A DNA stretch of 64,000 nucleotides from Terriglobia bacterium (GTDB lineage Bacteria; Acidobacteriota; Terriglobia; 20CM-2-55-15). The stretch is from assembly GCA_963664115.2 (NCBI GenBank), contig CAXWPJ010000009.1, forward strand, positions 128,001-192,000, given 5' to 3'. The stretch's first letter is position 1. Each line of letters opens with the position of its first letter. Position numbers and translations under genes: made by a program. Shown in pieces: positions 1 through 9,837 of this stretch. The notes under the pieces were generated by a model. It worked only from the letters and a program-made list of their open reading frames with translations. It did no database searches and was not told where the DNA came from.

Positions 1-5
1 AGTAG

Positions 6-1844
6 TTGATTCGAATGCCGAGTTTGAACAAACGGGCTGCGAGCCTGCTGGCGTGGATTTCGATCAGTGTCGCTGGCCTTGTGTTCGGCAGTGCGGTTCA
101 AGAATCGTCGATCGGGAACTGGGTCGAACAGCGCACGTATGACCTGAGATTCGCTTATCGTGGATCACTCCCTCCTTCTACGGAAGCCCCTATTACGCTT
201 CTGGCGATTGATGAAGAGTCTCTCGTCCGTCTGCCAGCTCCCCTCATGCTCTGGCATTCTTACTTTGCCCCAGTCATAGAAAAACTCGCCGAGAACGGTG
301 CGGCAACCGTGGGTGTCGACTTCATCTTTTCCGACATCATTAACTTTGATCCCGACGGCCAGCGAGCGCTCAGTGCCGCTCTCCTGAGTGCAGGAACAAA
401 TGGCATGCCGGTAGTGCTTGCCTATCGCGTGGGGCGACTTGGTGTCCAGCAGCCACCTGAAGCGATACGTTTTGCCGCACTGGCTGTCGGCCACACGGTT
501 GCGTTTGCAAATTTGACCACCGATGACGACGATTTTGTCCGACGGCAGGAAATCGTAGCCCGCTCCGCAGATGCCTTCGAACCGAGTTTTGCATTGGCCA
601 TCGCGCAAGCTTTCGCGAACAAGACGGATGGTGTCACACCAGTCAGCGATGAATCAAACGGGGCGGTCTTGATCAACTTTCGAGGACCCGAGCAATTTGA
701 AAGAGTCTCGTTCGCCGACGCCGTCGAAGCCGCCAACGCGAACGATCTTGAATTCTTCAGACGCTTTACCGGCAGGATCGTACTGATCGGCCGGATCGGG
801 GAAAGGGGCGATGAGGACTTCCATTCGACGCCGCAGTATTTCTGGGGCGACCGGTCGGACCCAAGCCAGCCACTGCGGACACCGGGCGTCGAAATCCACG
901 CCAATACCATCACGACGCTCGTCGAAAGAGACGCGATCGTAGAAGTGACTTCAAATTGGCAGTGGGCGACGACGCTGGCGTTGGCCGCGACTGTGACTCT
1001 ACTCGGCCTTTACCTGTCGGCATCATGGGCCGTCGGGAGCAGTCTGATCCTTGTCGGGGGATTCGTTTTGATTGCATTCGCCTTGCTGTTTCCCCTGGGT
1101 TATTGGCTTCACATTGTCGCCCCGGTATCTGCGGCTGCTCTGTCGATGGGGTCATCCCAGGTGTGGAACTACGTTCGGGAGGGCCGCGAGAAGAGGTATC
1201 TGCGTAGTGTATTTAAACGATACGTCAACGATGCCGTCATCGAGAAAATATTGGAGTCTGCCGAAGGCCTTTCTCTCCAGGGCGAAACGAAAGAAGTCAG
1301 CGTCCTGTTTGCTGATATTCGGAATTTCACCTCACGCTCAGAGGGAATTCCAGCGGAAAAGCTCGTACTTCTGCTCAACCGGTATTTCGAAGGGATGGTC
1401 AAGGCGATACAGAGTAACGGGGGAATGATTGATAAGTTCATCGGAGACGGCATCATGGCCCTGTTCGGGGCGCCCCTGGAGGACAAAGACGCGCCATTGA
1501 ATGCGGTGAAAGCGGCACTCGACATGATTGCCGCACTGGAACAATTGAACAAAGATCTAGTCGAAGAGGGACTCGAACCGATCGGCATCGGTGTCGGTGT
1601 TCATACCGGTCAGGTGGTAATCGGAAATGTTGGATCGCCGGAACGGATGGAATATACGGCGATTGGAGATGTCGTCAATACAGCCTCGCGTATCGAAAGC
1701 CTGACTCGCAAGTTCGATGCAGATATCCTGATCAGCGCGGATACCTTCAGGGCGGTCGGGGAGGCTGTGCGAACCCATTATCGGGGATCGGCAGAGGTCA
1801 AAGGGAAAGCGCATCTCGTCGAAATTTATCAAGTATTGCCCTAG
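6..1844 (+). CDS. CHASE2-domain membrane adenylate cyclase (class III)
   Basis: N-terminal TM, CHASE2 motifs (LLAIDEESL, VGVDFIF, DDDDFVRR, TPGVEIHANTI), 3 TMs, then cyclase motifs LFADIRNFT, IDKFIGDGIMALF, EYTAIGDVVNTASRIE (Lys/Thr pattern of ATP-specific enzymes). In-frame TAG at 3-5, so the gene is complete; the start could be ATG at 15. Confidence 0.93.
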   Translation: MIRMPSLNKRAASLLAWISISVAGLVFGSAVQESSIGNWVEQRTYDLRFAYRGSLPPSTEAPITLLAIDEESLVRLPAPLMLWHSYFAPVIEKLAENGAATVGVDFIFSDIINFDPDGQRALSAALLSAGTNGMPVVLAYRVGRLGVQQPPEAIRFAALAVGHTVAFANLTTDDDDFVRRQEIVARSADAFEPSFALAIAQAFANKTDGVTPVSDESNGAVLINFRGPEQFERVSFADAVEAANANDLEFFRRFTGRIVLIGRIGERGDEDFHSTPQYFWGDRSDPSQPLRTPGVEIHANTITTLVERDAIVEVTSNWQWATTLALAATVTLLGLYLSASWAVGSSLILVGGFVLIAFALLFPLGYWLHIVAPVSAAALSMGSSQVWNYVREGREKRYLRSVFKRYVNDAVIEKILESAEGLSLQGETKEVSVLFADIRNFTSRSEGIPAEKLVLLLNRYFEGMVKAIQSNGGMIDKFIGDGIMALFGAPLEDKDAPLNAVKAALDMIAALEQLNKDLVEEGLEPIGIGVGVHTGQVVIGNVGSPERMEYTAIGDVVNTASRIESLTRKFDADILISADTFRAVGEAVRTHYRGSAEVKGKAHLVEIYQVLP

Positions 1845-1860
1845 CGTGCGGTCGGAAGGA

Positions 1861-4800
1861 ATGAGACACGAAATCCGGCAACAATTCGTTCTGCTCGTCC
1901 TCGTTTTGTTCGGAGGATTGGGTTGGCAGGGCTACGCCCAGGACACGTTGCAACTGGGCTATGGCGTGGTGCGTCTGGAGAGTGGGACGGGGGTTCCGGA
2001 ATCGACGGCCGTGGTTGGCCTGAAGAATGGCGACGGCGTTCTGGTGACCGAAGCCGGCATCGGCGCGGTGGAACCGATCGAGAGGGGCCGGATTTTTGTG
2101 GATGCCGCCCGAACCCAAACCCTATTAGCTCTGGTGAATCCGGGGACCGGCTCGGCGCTGGTGAACCTGGTGTTGCGGGACGGGAGCGGAACGACGGTGG
2201 GGGAAAAGAGCCTGCCGATAAACCCGGGTGAACACGTGCTCCAATTCGCGGACGAACTCGGAACCGGACCGGGGTTTGAGGGCAGCCTGACCTTTGAGAA
2301 TGGGGCCGGATTGGGAGCGACCGCAATCCGGTTGGGAACGAACGGATTCGGCGAACCCGTGTTTACAACCCTGCCGGTGGTGAATCTCGAATCCGAAGCG
2401 GGCACTGGGGAAACTGTGTTGCCGTTGGTGGCCGTTGGAGGCGGGTTCCGGACCCAGGTGATGCTAGTCAACCCCGGCGGGGAGAGTATTTCCGGGCGAA
2501 TCCGGCTCGCGGGATCGGACGGGACTCCGTTGGAAGTGGACTGGGACGGGGCGCCCGCTTCAGAGGCGAGCTATCAGATCGCCTCCCATGGGGTCTACCG
2601 GGCCGAGCTGAGCGGAGATGCGGGCGTGTTCGGGGTAGGGTATGCGCGGGTGACTCCCGAAGCAGGTGTGACACCATCGGCGAGTGCGGTGGTTCAACTC
2701 TGGAATGGGGAGGCGTTGGTGACCGAAGCCGGCATCGGAGAAGCGGCGGAAACCACCGCTGCGCGGATTTCGCTGGACAACGTGGGACGGCAAACCGTGG
2801 TGGCGATAGCCAACCGGGGGACGGCATCGGCGGCGGTGGAGTTCGTCCTCCAGGACCGGTTTGGAGCCGAACAGGAGCGGGAGACGCAGACCATTGCGGC
2901 CGGAGGATATTTTCTAGCGACGGCACAGGACCTGTTCCCCACCGTGGCGAGCGGCTACACCGGGCAGATTGAGATTCGGAGTTCGGTCCCTGTGGCACCC
3001 GTCACGCTGGGGTTCACCTTCAATACGCGGGGAGAGGTGGTGCTGGCGACGCTGCCGGTGGCCGATCTGACCGGGCCCCAGACCGCGGCGATGAAGGTGT
3101 TTCCGACGGTCGTGATCGGCGCTGGGTTTGAGACACGGATGGTGTTCCTCAACGGGGAGACGTCCCAAGTCGGGCTGGAGTTCTACGAAGCGAACGGGAC
3201 ATCGATGACCGTCCCGTTGGGTCTGGAGACCTCCAACCAGTTTACGTTCGACTTTGCGGCCAATGAAGGTCAACGTTTGTTCCCCGGCGATACAGCGACG
3301 GTCGCAACGCTGTCGCTGAGGGACCTGGTGACGAACCAATCGAGCGAGGAAGTCAACGTGAACGTCGACGGTTCTGTCCGTCTGCGGGTCCTGGTTCTCG
3401 ATAGCAGTGGGAAGTCACGCGACGATTTTGCTGTGACTTACAGCAGCCTCAGTACAGACATCGCGAGCGTAGACACAAGCGGAAACATCCAGGGCATCAC
3501 GACTGGCTTTTCCACTTTGACCCTTAGCTCGGGTAACGCGATTGCGACTGCAACCATTGCGGTAACCGATGTCGTATCCGGGGTTACGGGCTTTGATGCC
3601 ATTGGCGTCGCGCAGGATGAGTCGGGCACGCTGTACCTGGCCTCCAGTGAATCTCATACCGTACTGGCGGCCGCCGATCTGACCCAGGCACCTGAACTTT
3701 ATGCGGGCGTGGAGGGCAGCCCGGGGTTGAAGAATGCGGCTCGACTGGAATCTCAGTTCAGCAATCCCGCCTACCTGTCTTTCAGCAACGCCGAGGGCGA
3801 CCTCTATGTGAGCGACGGCTCGAACCATGTCATCCGCCGCATACAGCCTGGAAACGATGGGCAAGTGGAAACCCTCTCCGGAACGGGTGTGGCCGGAAAT
3901 GCCGACGGGCTATCGGCGTCGTTTGACAACCCTCAGGGCATCGCGCTCGACGGGCGGGGAAACATCTGGGTGGCCGATTCCGGAAACCATACGATTCGAC
4001 GGATCAACCTCGAGAGCGGCGAGACCGAAACTCTCGCGGGTTTGGCGGGCAACGCGGGTTTGGCGGACGGAGTCGGTTCGGCGGCACGGTTCAATACGCC
4101 GACTGGAATTGCACTCGAGGTCGAGTCCCTGGCCCAGCAGCTGCAGAGGGAACTCTCAGGAGACCCACCGCCTCCGATACGGATGCTCGTGACGGACTCG
4201 AACAACGGAGTGGTTCGCCGGGTCTGGGAGACGGGCCAAGTTGACACCATAACTTCGCTTGCCTCCGCTTCAGCGCTTCGAGCGGGTGAAGGGAATTCGA
4301 AAAGTTCCGCCGAATTGGCGGCAACAGCTCTGCAGTTTTCCGCGCCAGCCGGCATCGCCTCCGACGCGTTCGGAAACATTTACGTCACCGAGCCGGGCAT
4401 CGACCAGGTGCGTGTGATTCTGCCCAACGGCCGCGTCCGACGTCTGGGACAGCGAAACACATTTCAAGAGCCGCGTGGAGTGCTCGTCACCGACGATGGA
4501 AAGGTTCTCGTGTCCGACAGGCAGAGCCTGGCCCGGTCCATCGAGTTCGGGGCTCCGACAATCGGGAGCATCTCGCCCCTGAAAATCTTGAACACCGGCG
4601 GCGAGAGCGTGATCATTCGCGGGAGCAATTTCGCTCCCGGAACGCTGGTCCTCCTCGGCAGAGTCGGGATAGACGCCACAGTGGAGAGCAGCGGCCGCAT
4701 CACGTTCACGGCCCCTCCGGCGGAGAGCGGGATCCGGACCTTGACGATTCTGAACCGGGGAGGCGTCGCCCAGACCCCCCTCTGGGTCGATGCCGTGGGG

Positions 4801-6930
4801 CTCACCGAAACTGCGGCGGGCAATATCACAACCGTTGCCGGTGGCAGCGATTTTGTCGGTGACGGACTCAAAGCGCGCCAGGCGGCGATCGGCTCTCCTT
4901 TTGCCACGGCATTTGTTCGGGGCCGGGGCGCCATGCTGATCGTTGACCGCGGAAACAACCGCATCCGTCGCTACGACTTCAAGACGGGAATCATCACAAC
5001 GATCGCGGGCACCGGCGATCGGGAATCGTCCGGCGACGGCGGACCCGCCGTTGCCGCCGCCCTCAACAGGCCGGCCGATGTCCTCGTCGACCGGGTGGGC
5101 AACGTCTTCATAGCGGAAGATAGGGGACATCGCATCCGGATGATCGACGCGGCGACGGCCGTCATCACGACCATCGCCGGCACTGGAGCGCGAGGGTATT
5201 CCGGAGACGGGGGTCCCGCCGTTTCTGCGCAAATGTCACGACCTATAGCCCTCGCGCTCGATGCCGAGGGTCGTTTGCTGGTTGCCGAGTTTACGAACCA
5301 CGTCATCCGCCGAATCGATCTTTCTGACCAGACGATCTCCACGATCGCCGGAACCGGAGAACAGGGCTTTTCCGGTGATGGTGGCCCCGCAACGGCGGCC
5401 AAGCTGAACCTCCCCCAAGGGATTGTCCCCGATGCTTCCGGCAACCTGTTGATCTCCGACAGCAGGAACAATCGCATCCGTCGCGTGGACACCGGAACCG
5501 GTGTGATCACGACCATTGCCGGAACCGGAGAGCAGGACTTTTCTGGTGATGGTGGCCCCGCAACGGCGGCGAGCTTGAACCAGCCCGGTGGGATTGCCGC
5601 GGACGCAAGCGGAAACCTCTACCTGGCCGACCGCCGCAACAACAGGGTCCGCCGAATCGATAGCGAGACCGGTTTGATTTCAACGATCGCCGGCGGGGAT
5701 TCTCAGGGCTTTGCAGGAAACAATGGACCGGCGACGGACGCACTTCTGCACGGCCCTCAGAGCGTTACGGTCAACCGAAACGGTAATTTCATCGTCATCG
5801 CCGACACCCGCAACAACAGGGTCCGACGGGTGCGGGGGCGCGACGACAGCATCCGGACCCTGGCGGGAAATGGCGAGGCGCGAATCATCGGGGACGATGC
5901 TCCTGCCACCGCCGCGGGCCTCTACGGGCCATCGGACCTGGCATTCGACTTATCGGGAAACCTGGTTGTGGCCGACAGGTATAATCATCGCGTTCGCTCG
6001 ATTGATTCGGGCTCCCGGAGGATCACCTCAATCGCTGGGGGCGGGAACGAAGGGCTGCGGGCCGGTCGCGGCAGCGGCGGCTATGGGGGGGACGACGGGC
6101 CTGCACTCGACGCTTCGCTGGACGAACCAAACGGGGTCTTGATCGACGCGGCGGGAAATGTCGTGATTGTCGACCGCAGAAACAATCGCATCCGGGAGGT
6201 CGACCGGGCGACGGGAAACATTCGGACGATCGCGGGCACCGGGGGGCAGGGTGATTCTGGCGACGGAGGGCCAGCCGTCGAGGCCGAAATCTTCGAGCCG
6301 AGGGGCATCGCCTCAGACAGCGCAGGGAACCTGTATTTCAGCGACACCGGGAATAACAGGGTGCGCCGGATTGATCGGGAGACCGGCGTGATCACGACAG
6401 TGGCCGGTAACGGGCCAAGAGGCTTCTCGGGAGATGGTGGATCGGGGGTCGAGGCCTCCCTGGATGGTCCCGTGGGACTCGCCTTCGACGCGGCTGACAA
6501 TCTTTTCATCGCCGACGTTTTCAATCACCGGATCCGAAGGGTGGATGCCGTGACGGGCGTGATCACGACAGTTGCGGGGAGCGGCGCAGTCGGACGCGGT
6601 GAAGGGAGCTTCTCTGGAGACGAAGGTCTTGCGACCGAAGCCCAGCTCAACTTCCCCATCGATGTCACCGTAGATACGGCCGGCAACTTGTGGATCGCCG
6701 ACTTCCTCAACAACAGAGTGCGACGCGTCAGCGGCACAACCGGCCTCATCACGACAGTGGCCGGAAGTGGACCGTTCGGTTCGAGGGTGGAGGCTTCCGG
6801 AGACAACGGCCCCGCGACGTCGGCCACGCTAAAGTTTCCCCGAGCCGTGGTTCTCGACTCGAACGGGAACCTGTTCATCGCGACCTCGGCCGGCCGCGTT
6901 CGGGCTGTCCGCGGGATCGGGAATCAGTGA
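1861..6930 (+). CDS. Large secreted NHL-repeat (beta-propeller) protein with Ig-like/IPT domains
   Basis: Signal peptide after ATG 1861 (ORF open from 1846). Duplicated N-terminal module (LVTEAGIG twice), Ig-like and IPT-like segments, many NHL repeats (GNLYIADxxNNRIRRID...ITTIAGTG..GFSGDGGPAT). Confidence 0.88.
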   Translation: MRHEIRQQFVLLVLVLFGGLGWQGYAQDTLQLGYGVVRLESGTGVPESTAVVGLKNGDGVLVTEAGIGAVEPIERGRIFVDAARTQTLLALVNPGTGSALVNLVLRDGSGTTVGEKSLPINPGEHVLQFADELGTGPGFEGSLTFENGAGLGATAIRLGTNGFGEPVFTTLPVVNLESEAGTGETVLPLVAVGGGFRTQVMLVNPGGESISGRIRLAGSDGTPLEVDWDGAPASEASYQIASHGVYRAELSGDAGVFGVGYARVTPEAGVTPSASAVVQLWNGEALVTEAGIGEAAETTAARISLDNVGRQTVVAIANRGTASAAVEFVLQDRFGAEQERETQTIAAGGYFLATAQDLFPTVASGYTGQIEIRSSVPVAPVTLGFTFNTRGEVVLATLPVADLTGPQTAAMKVFPTVVIGAGFETRMVFLNGETSQVGLEFYEANGTSMTVPLGLETSNQFTFDFAANEGQRLFPGDTATVATLSLRDLVTNQSSEEVNVNVDGSVRLRVLVLDSSGKSRDDFAVTYSSLSTDIASVDTSGNIQGITTGFSTLTLSSGNAIATATIAVTDVVSGVTGFDAIGVAQDESGTLYLASSESHTVLAAADLTQAPELYAGVEGSPGLKNAARLESQFSNPAYLSFSNAEGDLYVSDGSNHVIRRIQPGNDGQVETLSGTGVAGNADGLSASFDNPQGIALDGRGNIWVADSGNHTIRRINLESGETETLAGLAGNAGLADGVGSAARFNTPTGIALEVESLAQQLQRELSGDPPPPIRMLVTDSNNGVVRRVWETGQVDTITSLASASALRAGEGNSKSSAELAATALQFSAPAGIASDAFGNIYVTEPGIDQVRVILPNGRVRRLGQRNTFQEPRGVLVTDDGKVLVSDRQSLARSIEFGAPTIGSISPLKILNTGGESVIIRGSNFAPGTLVLLGRVGIDATVESSGRITFTAPPAESGIRTLTILNRGGVAQTPLWVDAVGLTETAAGNITTVAGGSDFVGDGLKARQAAIGSPFATAFVRGRGAMLIVDRGNNRIRRYDFKTGIITTIAGTGDRESSGDGGPAVAAALNRPADVLVDRVGNVFIAEDRGHRIRMIDAATAVITTIAGTGARGYSGDGGPAVSAQMSRPIALALDAEGRLLVAEFTNHVIRRIDLSDQTISTIAGTGEQGFSGDGGPATAAKLNLPQGIVPDASGNLLISDSRNNRIRRVDTGTGVITTIAGTGEQDFSGDGGPATAASLNQPGGIAADASGNLYLADRRNNRVRRIDSETGLISTIAGGDSQGFAGNNGPATDALLHGPQSVTVNRNGNFIVIADTRNNRVRRVRGRDDSIRTLAGNGEARIIGDDAPATAAGLYGPSDLAFDLSGNLVVADRYNHRVRSIDSGSRRITSIAGGGNEGLRAGRGSGGYGGDDGPALDASLDEPNGVLIDAAGNVVIVDRRNNRIREVDRATGNIRTIAGTGGQGDSGDGGPAVEAEIFEPRGIASDSAGNLYFSDTGNNRVRRIDRETGVITTVAGNGPRGFSGDGGSGVEASLDGPVGLAFDAADNLFIADVFNHRIRRVDAVTGVITTVAGSGAVGRGEGSFSGDEGLATEAQLNFPIDVTVDTAGNLWIADFLNNRVRRVSGTTGLITTVAGSGPFGSRVEASGDNGPATSATLKFPRAVVLDSNGNLFIATSAGRVRAVRGIGNQ

Positions 6931-7014
6931 TTGAATGGCGTCAGCCCGGCGCCGTGGCCATGTTGGCGTCGGCCATGCTGGGCGTTCGAGCAACTGTTTG
7001 TTAGGATTTAAACC

Positions 7015-8373
7015 ATGATCCGCACATTGAAACGTACCGCTTCCGTCTTCTTCATGCTGGCAGTCGTCCTGGCTCTGCCGGCCCAGGATACCGACTCGGA
7101 ACCGTCTCTCTCGATGCCCGCTCCCCTCGTCTACGAAGAACATCAGTTGAGTAACGGGCTGAGCGTCATCACGCATGAGGATCACTCCGCACCCGTCGTG
7201 AACGCCCAATTGTGGTATCACGTGGGCTCCAAAAACGAAGTCGAGGGACGAAGCGGATTTGCCCACCTGTTTGAACACCTGATGTTCCAAGGCTCGGAGA
7301 ACGTGGCCCCCGAAGAGCACTCCGCACTGATTAATGGCGTTGGCGGCGTCATGAACGCCTATACCAGCGATGACGTGACGGTTTACTGGGAAACAGTGCC
7401 GTCCAACTACCTGGAACGGGTGCTCTGGCTTGAAGCCGATCGAATGCGCTCGCTCGACGTGTCGGAGGAGAACTTCTCTTCAGAGCGGGAAGTGGTGAAG
7501 GAAGAACGCAGGGTGCGGGTGGAGAGTCCACCCTACGGCGACCTGTTCGAAACACTCTATGCAAGCGCATTCGACGTTCACCCATACGGCCATACGCCAA
7601 TCGGAAGCATGGAAGATCTCGACAACGCGACGATAGCCGACGTCCGCGATTTCTACGAAACCTACTACGTGCCGTCGAACGCTTACCTGATCCTCGCGGG
7701 GGATTTCGAAACCGAGCAGGCGATGGTCTGGATCGAAGAGTACTTCGGGGACATTCCTGCCGGACAAGATCCGGTTCCGAGGGTTACAGTTCGAGAACCC
7801 GCCCATGACGCTGAGCGCCGCGTTGCACGGGAAAAGGCGGTACCGCTAGCGGCATACGTGGCGGGCTATTACGTCCCGGAAGACGGGCATCCCGATTCGT
7901 ATCCCCTAGTGATCGCTTCGAGTATTCTTGCCGAGGGGCGCAGCTCGCGCGTCTATACATCCCTCGTGTACGAAAGCCAACTCGCGCTCCAGGCCGACTC
8001 TGGAGCGAGTTTCCGCGAACACCCCAACCTGTTCTTCGCCTTCCTGATCATGAACCAGGGAGCGTCGATCGAGGACGGTGAAGCCCGATTGAACGCCGAA
8101 TTCCAGCGCATGATGGAAGAGCCTGTGACCGAAGAAGAATTGGAAAAGGCCAGAAATCAGATGCGAGCCTCCTACATCATGGGACGGCAATCGGTGCAAG
8201 ACAAAGCCGGCGCCCTGGGCCACGCCGCGGTAATCCACCAGGACACGGCATCGGCAAACGACGAACTGGAGCTCTTTCTGAACGTAAGCGCCGAAGACAT
8301 CATGCGCGTGACCCGGCAATACCTGAACCCGGAAAACCGGACGGTCCTCACCGTTGTGCCCCCGGGAGAATAA
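7015..8373 (+). CDS. M16 family zinc peptidase, catalytic subunit
   Basis: Signal peptide, inverted zinc motif HLFEH (HXXEH), NAYTSDDVTVY, EREVVKEE. Confidence 0.93.
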   Translation: MIRTLKRTASVFFMLAVVLALPAQDTDSEPSLSMPAPLVYEEHQLSNGLSVITHEDHSAPVVNAQLWYHVGSKNEVEGRSGFAHLFEHLMFQGSENVAPEEHSALINGVGGVMNAYTSDDVTVYWETVPSNYLERVLWLEADRMRSLDVSEENFSSEREVVKEERRVRVESPPYGDLFETLYASAFDVHPYGHTPIGSMEDLDNATIADVRDFYETYYVPSNAYLILAGDFETEQAMVWIEEYFGDIPAGQDPVPRVTVREPAHDAERRVAREKAVPLAAYVAGYYVPEDGHPDSYPLVIASSILAEGRSSRVYTSLVYESQLALQADSGASFREHPNLFFAFLIMNQGASIEDGEARLNAEFQRMMEEPVTEEELEKARNQMRASYIMGRQSVQDKAGALGHAAVIHQDTASANDELELFLNVSAEDIMRVTRQYLNPENRTVLTVVPPGE

Positions 8374-8377
8374 GACT

Positions 8378-9829
8378 GTGCTCGGAAAAACTGTCATCAA
8401 ACTAATCGTCGCCATCTTGTTGTCTTCGGGACTGAGCTCGCACGCACAAAGACAGGAACCGCCCGCGGCACTGCCTCTCGGCCGGGTCGATTTTCCGCCT
8501 TACCAGGAACGGACTTTGGAGAACGGCCTGCGTGTATTCGCTATCGAACATGACGAACAGCCGGTGATCTCGATCCAATTGATCGTTGCCGCAGGGAGCG
8601 CCAATGACCCCGCCCAACTTCCGGGACTCGCGACCTTTACAAGCGATTTGTTGATGAGCGGAACAGGAACGCGGAGCGCTCAGGAAATTGCCGGAGTGAT
8701 TGACTTTGCGGGCGGTGACATCTCGACCCGGGCAGCACGCGAAGCCATAATCGTTTCGGCATCGGTTCTCGCCGACAGCACGGCCCTGGCCTTCGAACTG
8801 CTTCGGGACATCGTGCTCGATCCCGCGTTTGCACCCGCGGAAATCGAACGCCTGCGGGCGCAAACGGCTTCGGCCATGTCTGCCAACCTTCAGGATCCGG
8901 ACTTCATCGCCGACACCGTTTTCAATGTGGCACTTTATGGTGACCACCCCTACGGCCATCCCGCCGATGGAACCCTGTCTTCTGTTCAACGCATTCAAAG
9001 AGAGGATATCGTCCGGTTTCACGACACTTACTTTGCGCCAAACATGACTTCAGTTGTTGTCGCTGGAGCACTCGAACCTTCCGAGGCGTTTCGACTGGTG
9101 GAAGAGTGGTTCGGCGAGTGGCAGGAAAGGGACGTCATGCCCCTGGATCTGACGCTCTCGGAGCGGCTGGAAAGTCGACGCATCATCGTTATCGATAATC
9201 CCGACAGCGTCCAGACAGAAATACGCATCGGTCAGACCATGGTCGCGCGAACCGATCCGGACTACTTTCCGATTCTGGTCGCGAGCGACGTGCTGGGAGG
9301 GCCGCAAGGACGCCTGGGAGACGTCTTGAGAGAAGAACGCGGACTGACCTATGGGGCTTATGAGGCAATCGTTCCGCGGATCGGTCCCGGAAGCCTCTAC
9401 GCGGCGACGGAAACCCGAACCGAGGCAACGATCGAGGCAATCGAATTGATTCTGGCGGAAATCGAGCGATTGCGAACCGTCCGCGTTCCCGAAGACGAAT
9501 TGGAAGAGGTGAAAGCTTTCCTCATCGGCAGCTTCCCACTGACGATAGAGACGCCGAACAATCTGAGCAGTCGTCTGGCTGCCCTGTCGATTTACAACCT
9601 TGGAGCCGACTATCTCGCTACATATAGGGACGCATTGGCTGCAATTACCTCCGAGGACATCGCCCGCGTTGCGAGTGAGCAAGTTCTTGATGATGAGGTT
9701 CTCATCGTGCTCTTCGGGAACGCGGATGCCTTCCTGGAAGAACTCGAATCTCTGGGGCCGGTCGAAGTGATCCCGCTCTCCGGTTTGGACCTGGATTCCC
9801 CCGCGCTTAAGCGAACCACCGTACAATAA
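8378..9829 (+). CDS. M16 family peptidase, non-catalytic partner subunit
   Basis: M16-like motifs (TLENGLRV, HPYGHP, LREERGLTYG) but no HXXEH. Directly follows the catalytic subunit. Start uncertain (GTG 8378; ORF open from 8354). Confidence 0.88.
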   Translation: MLGKTVIKLIVAILLSSGLSSHAQRQEPPAALPLGRVDFPPYQERTLENGLRVFAIEHDEQPVISIQLIVAAGSANDPAQLPGLATFTSDLLMSGTGTRSAQEIAGVIDFAGGDISTRAAREAIIVSASVLADSTALAFELLRDIVLDPAFAPAEIERLRAQTASAMSANLQDPDFIADTVFNVALYGDHPYGHPADGTLSSVQRIQREDIVRFHDTYFAPNMTSVVVAGALEPSEAFRLVEEWFGEWQERDVMPLDLTLSERLESRRIIVIDNPDSVQTEIRIGQTMVARTDPDYFPILVASDVLGGPQGRLGDVLREERGLTYGAYEAIVPRIGPGSLYAATETRTEATIEAIELILAEIERLRTVRVPEDELEEVKAFLIGSFPLTIETPNNLSSRLAALSIYNLGADYLATYRDALAAITSEDIARVASEQVLDDEVLIVLFGNADAFLEELESLGPVEVIPLSGLDLDSPALKRTTVQ

Positions 9830-9837
9830 ACGGCTCA

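Noticed and set aside
4800-6900. Recurrent nucleotide repeats as a CRISPR array
   Set aside because: They are in-frame NHL protein repeats without constant repeat/unique spacer structure, and there are no cas genes.
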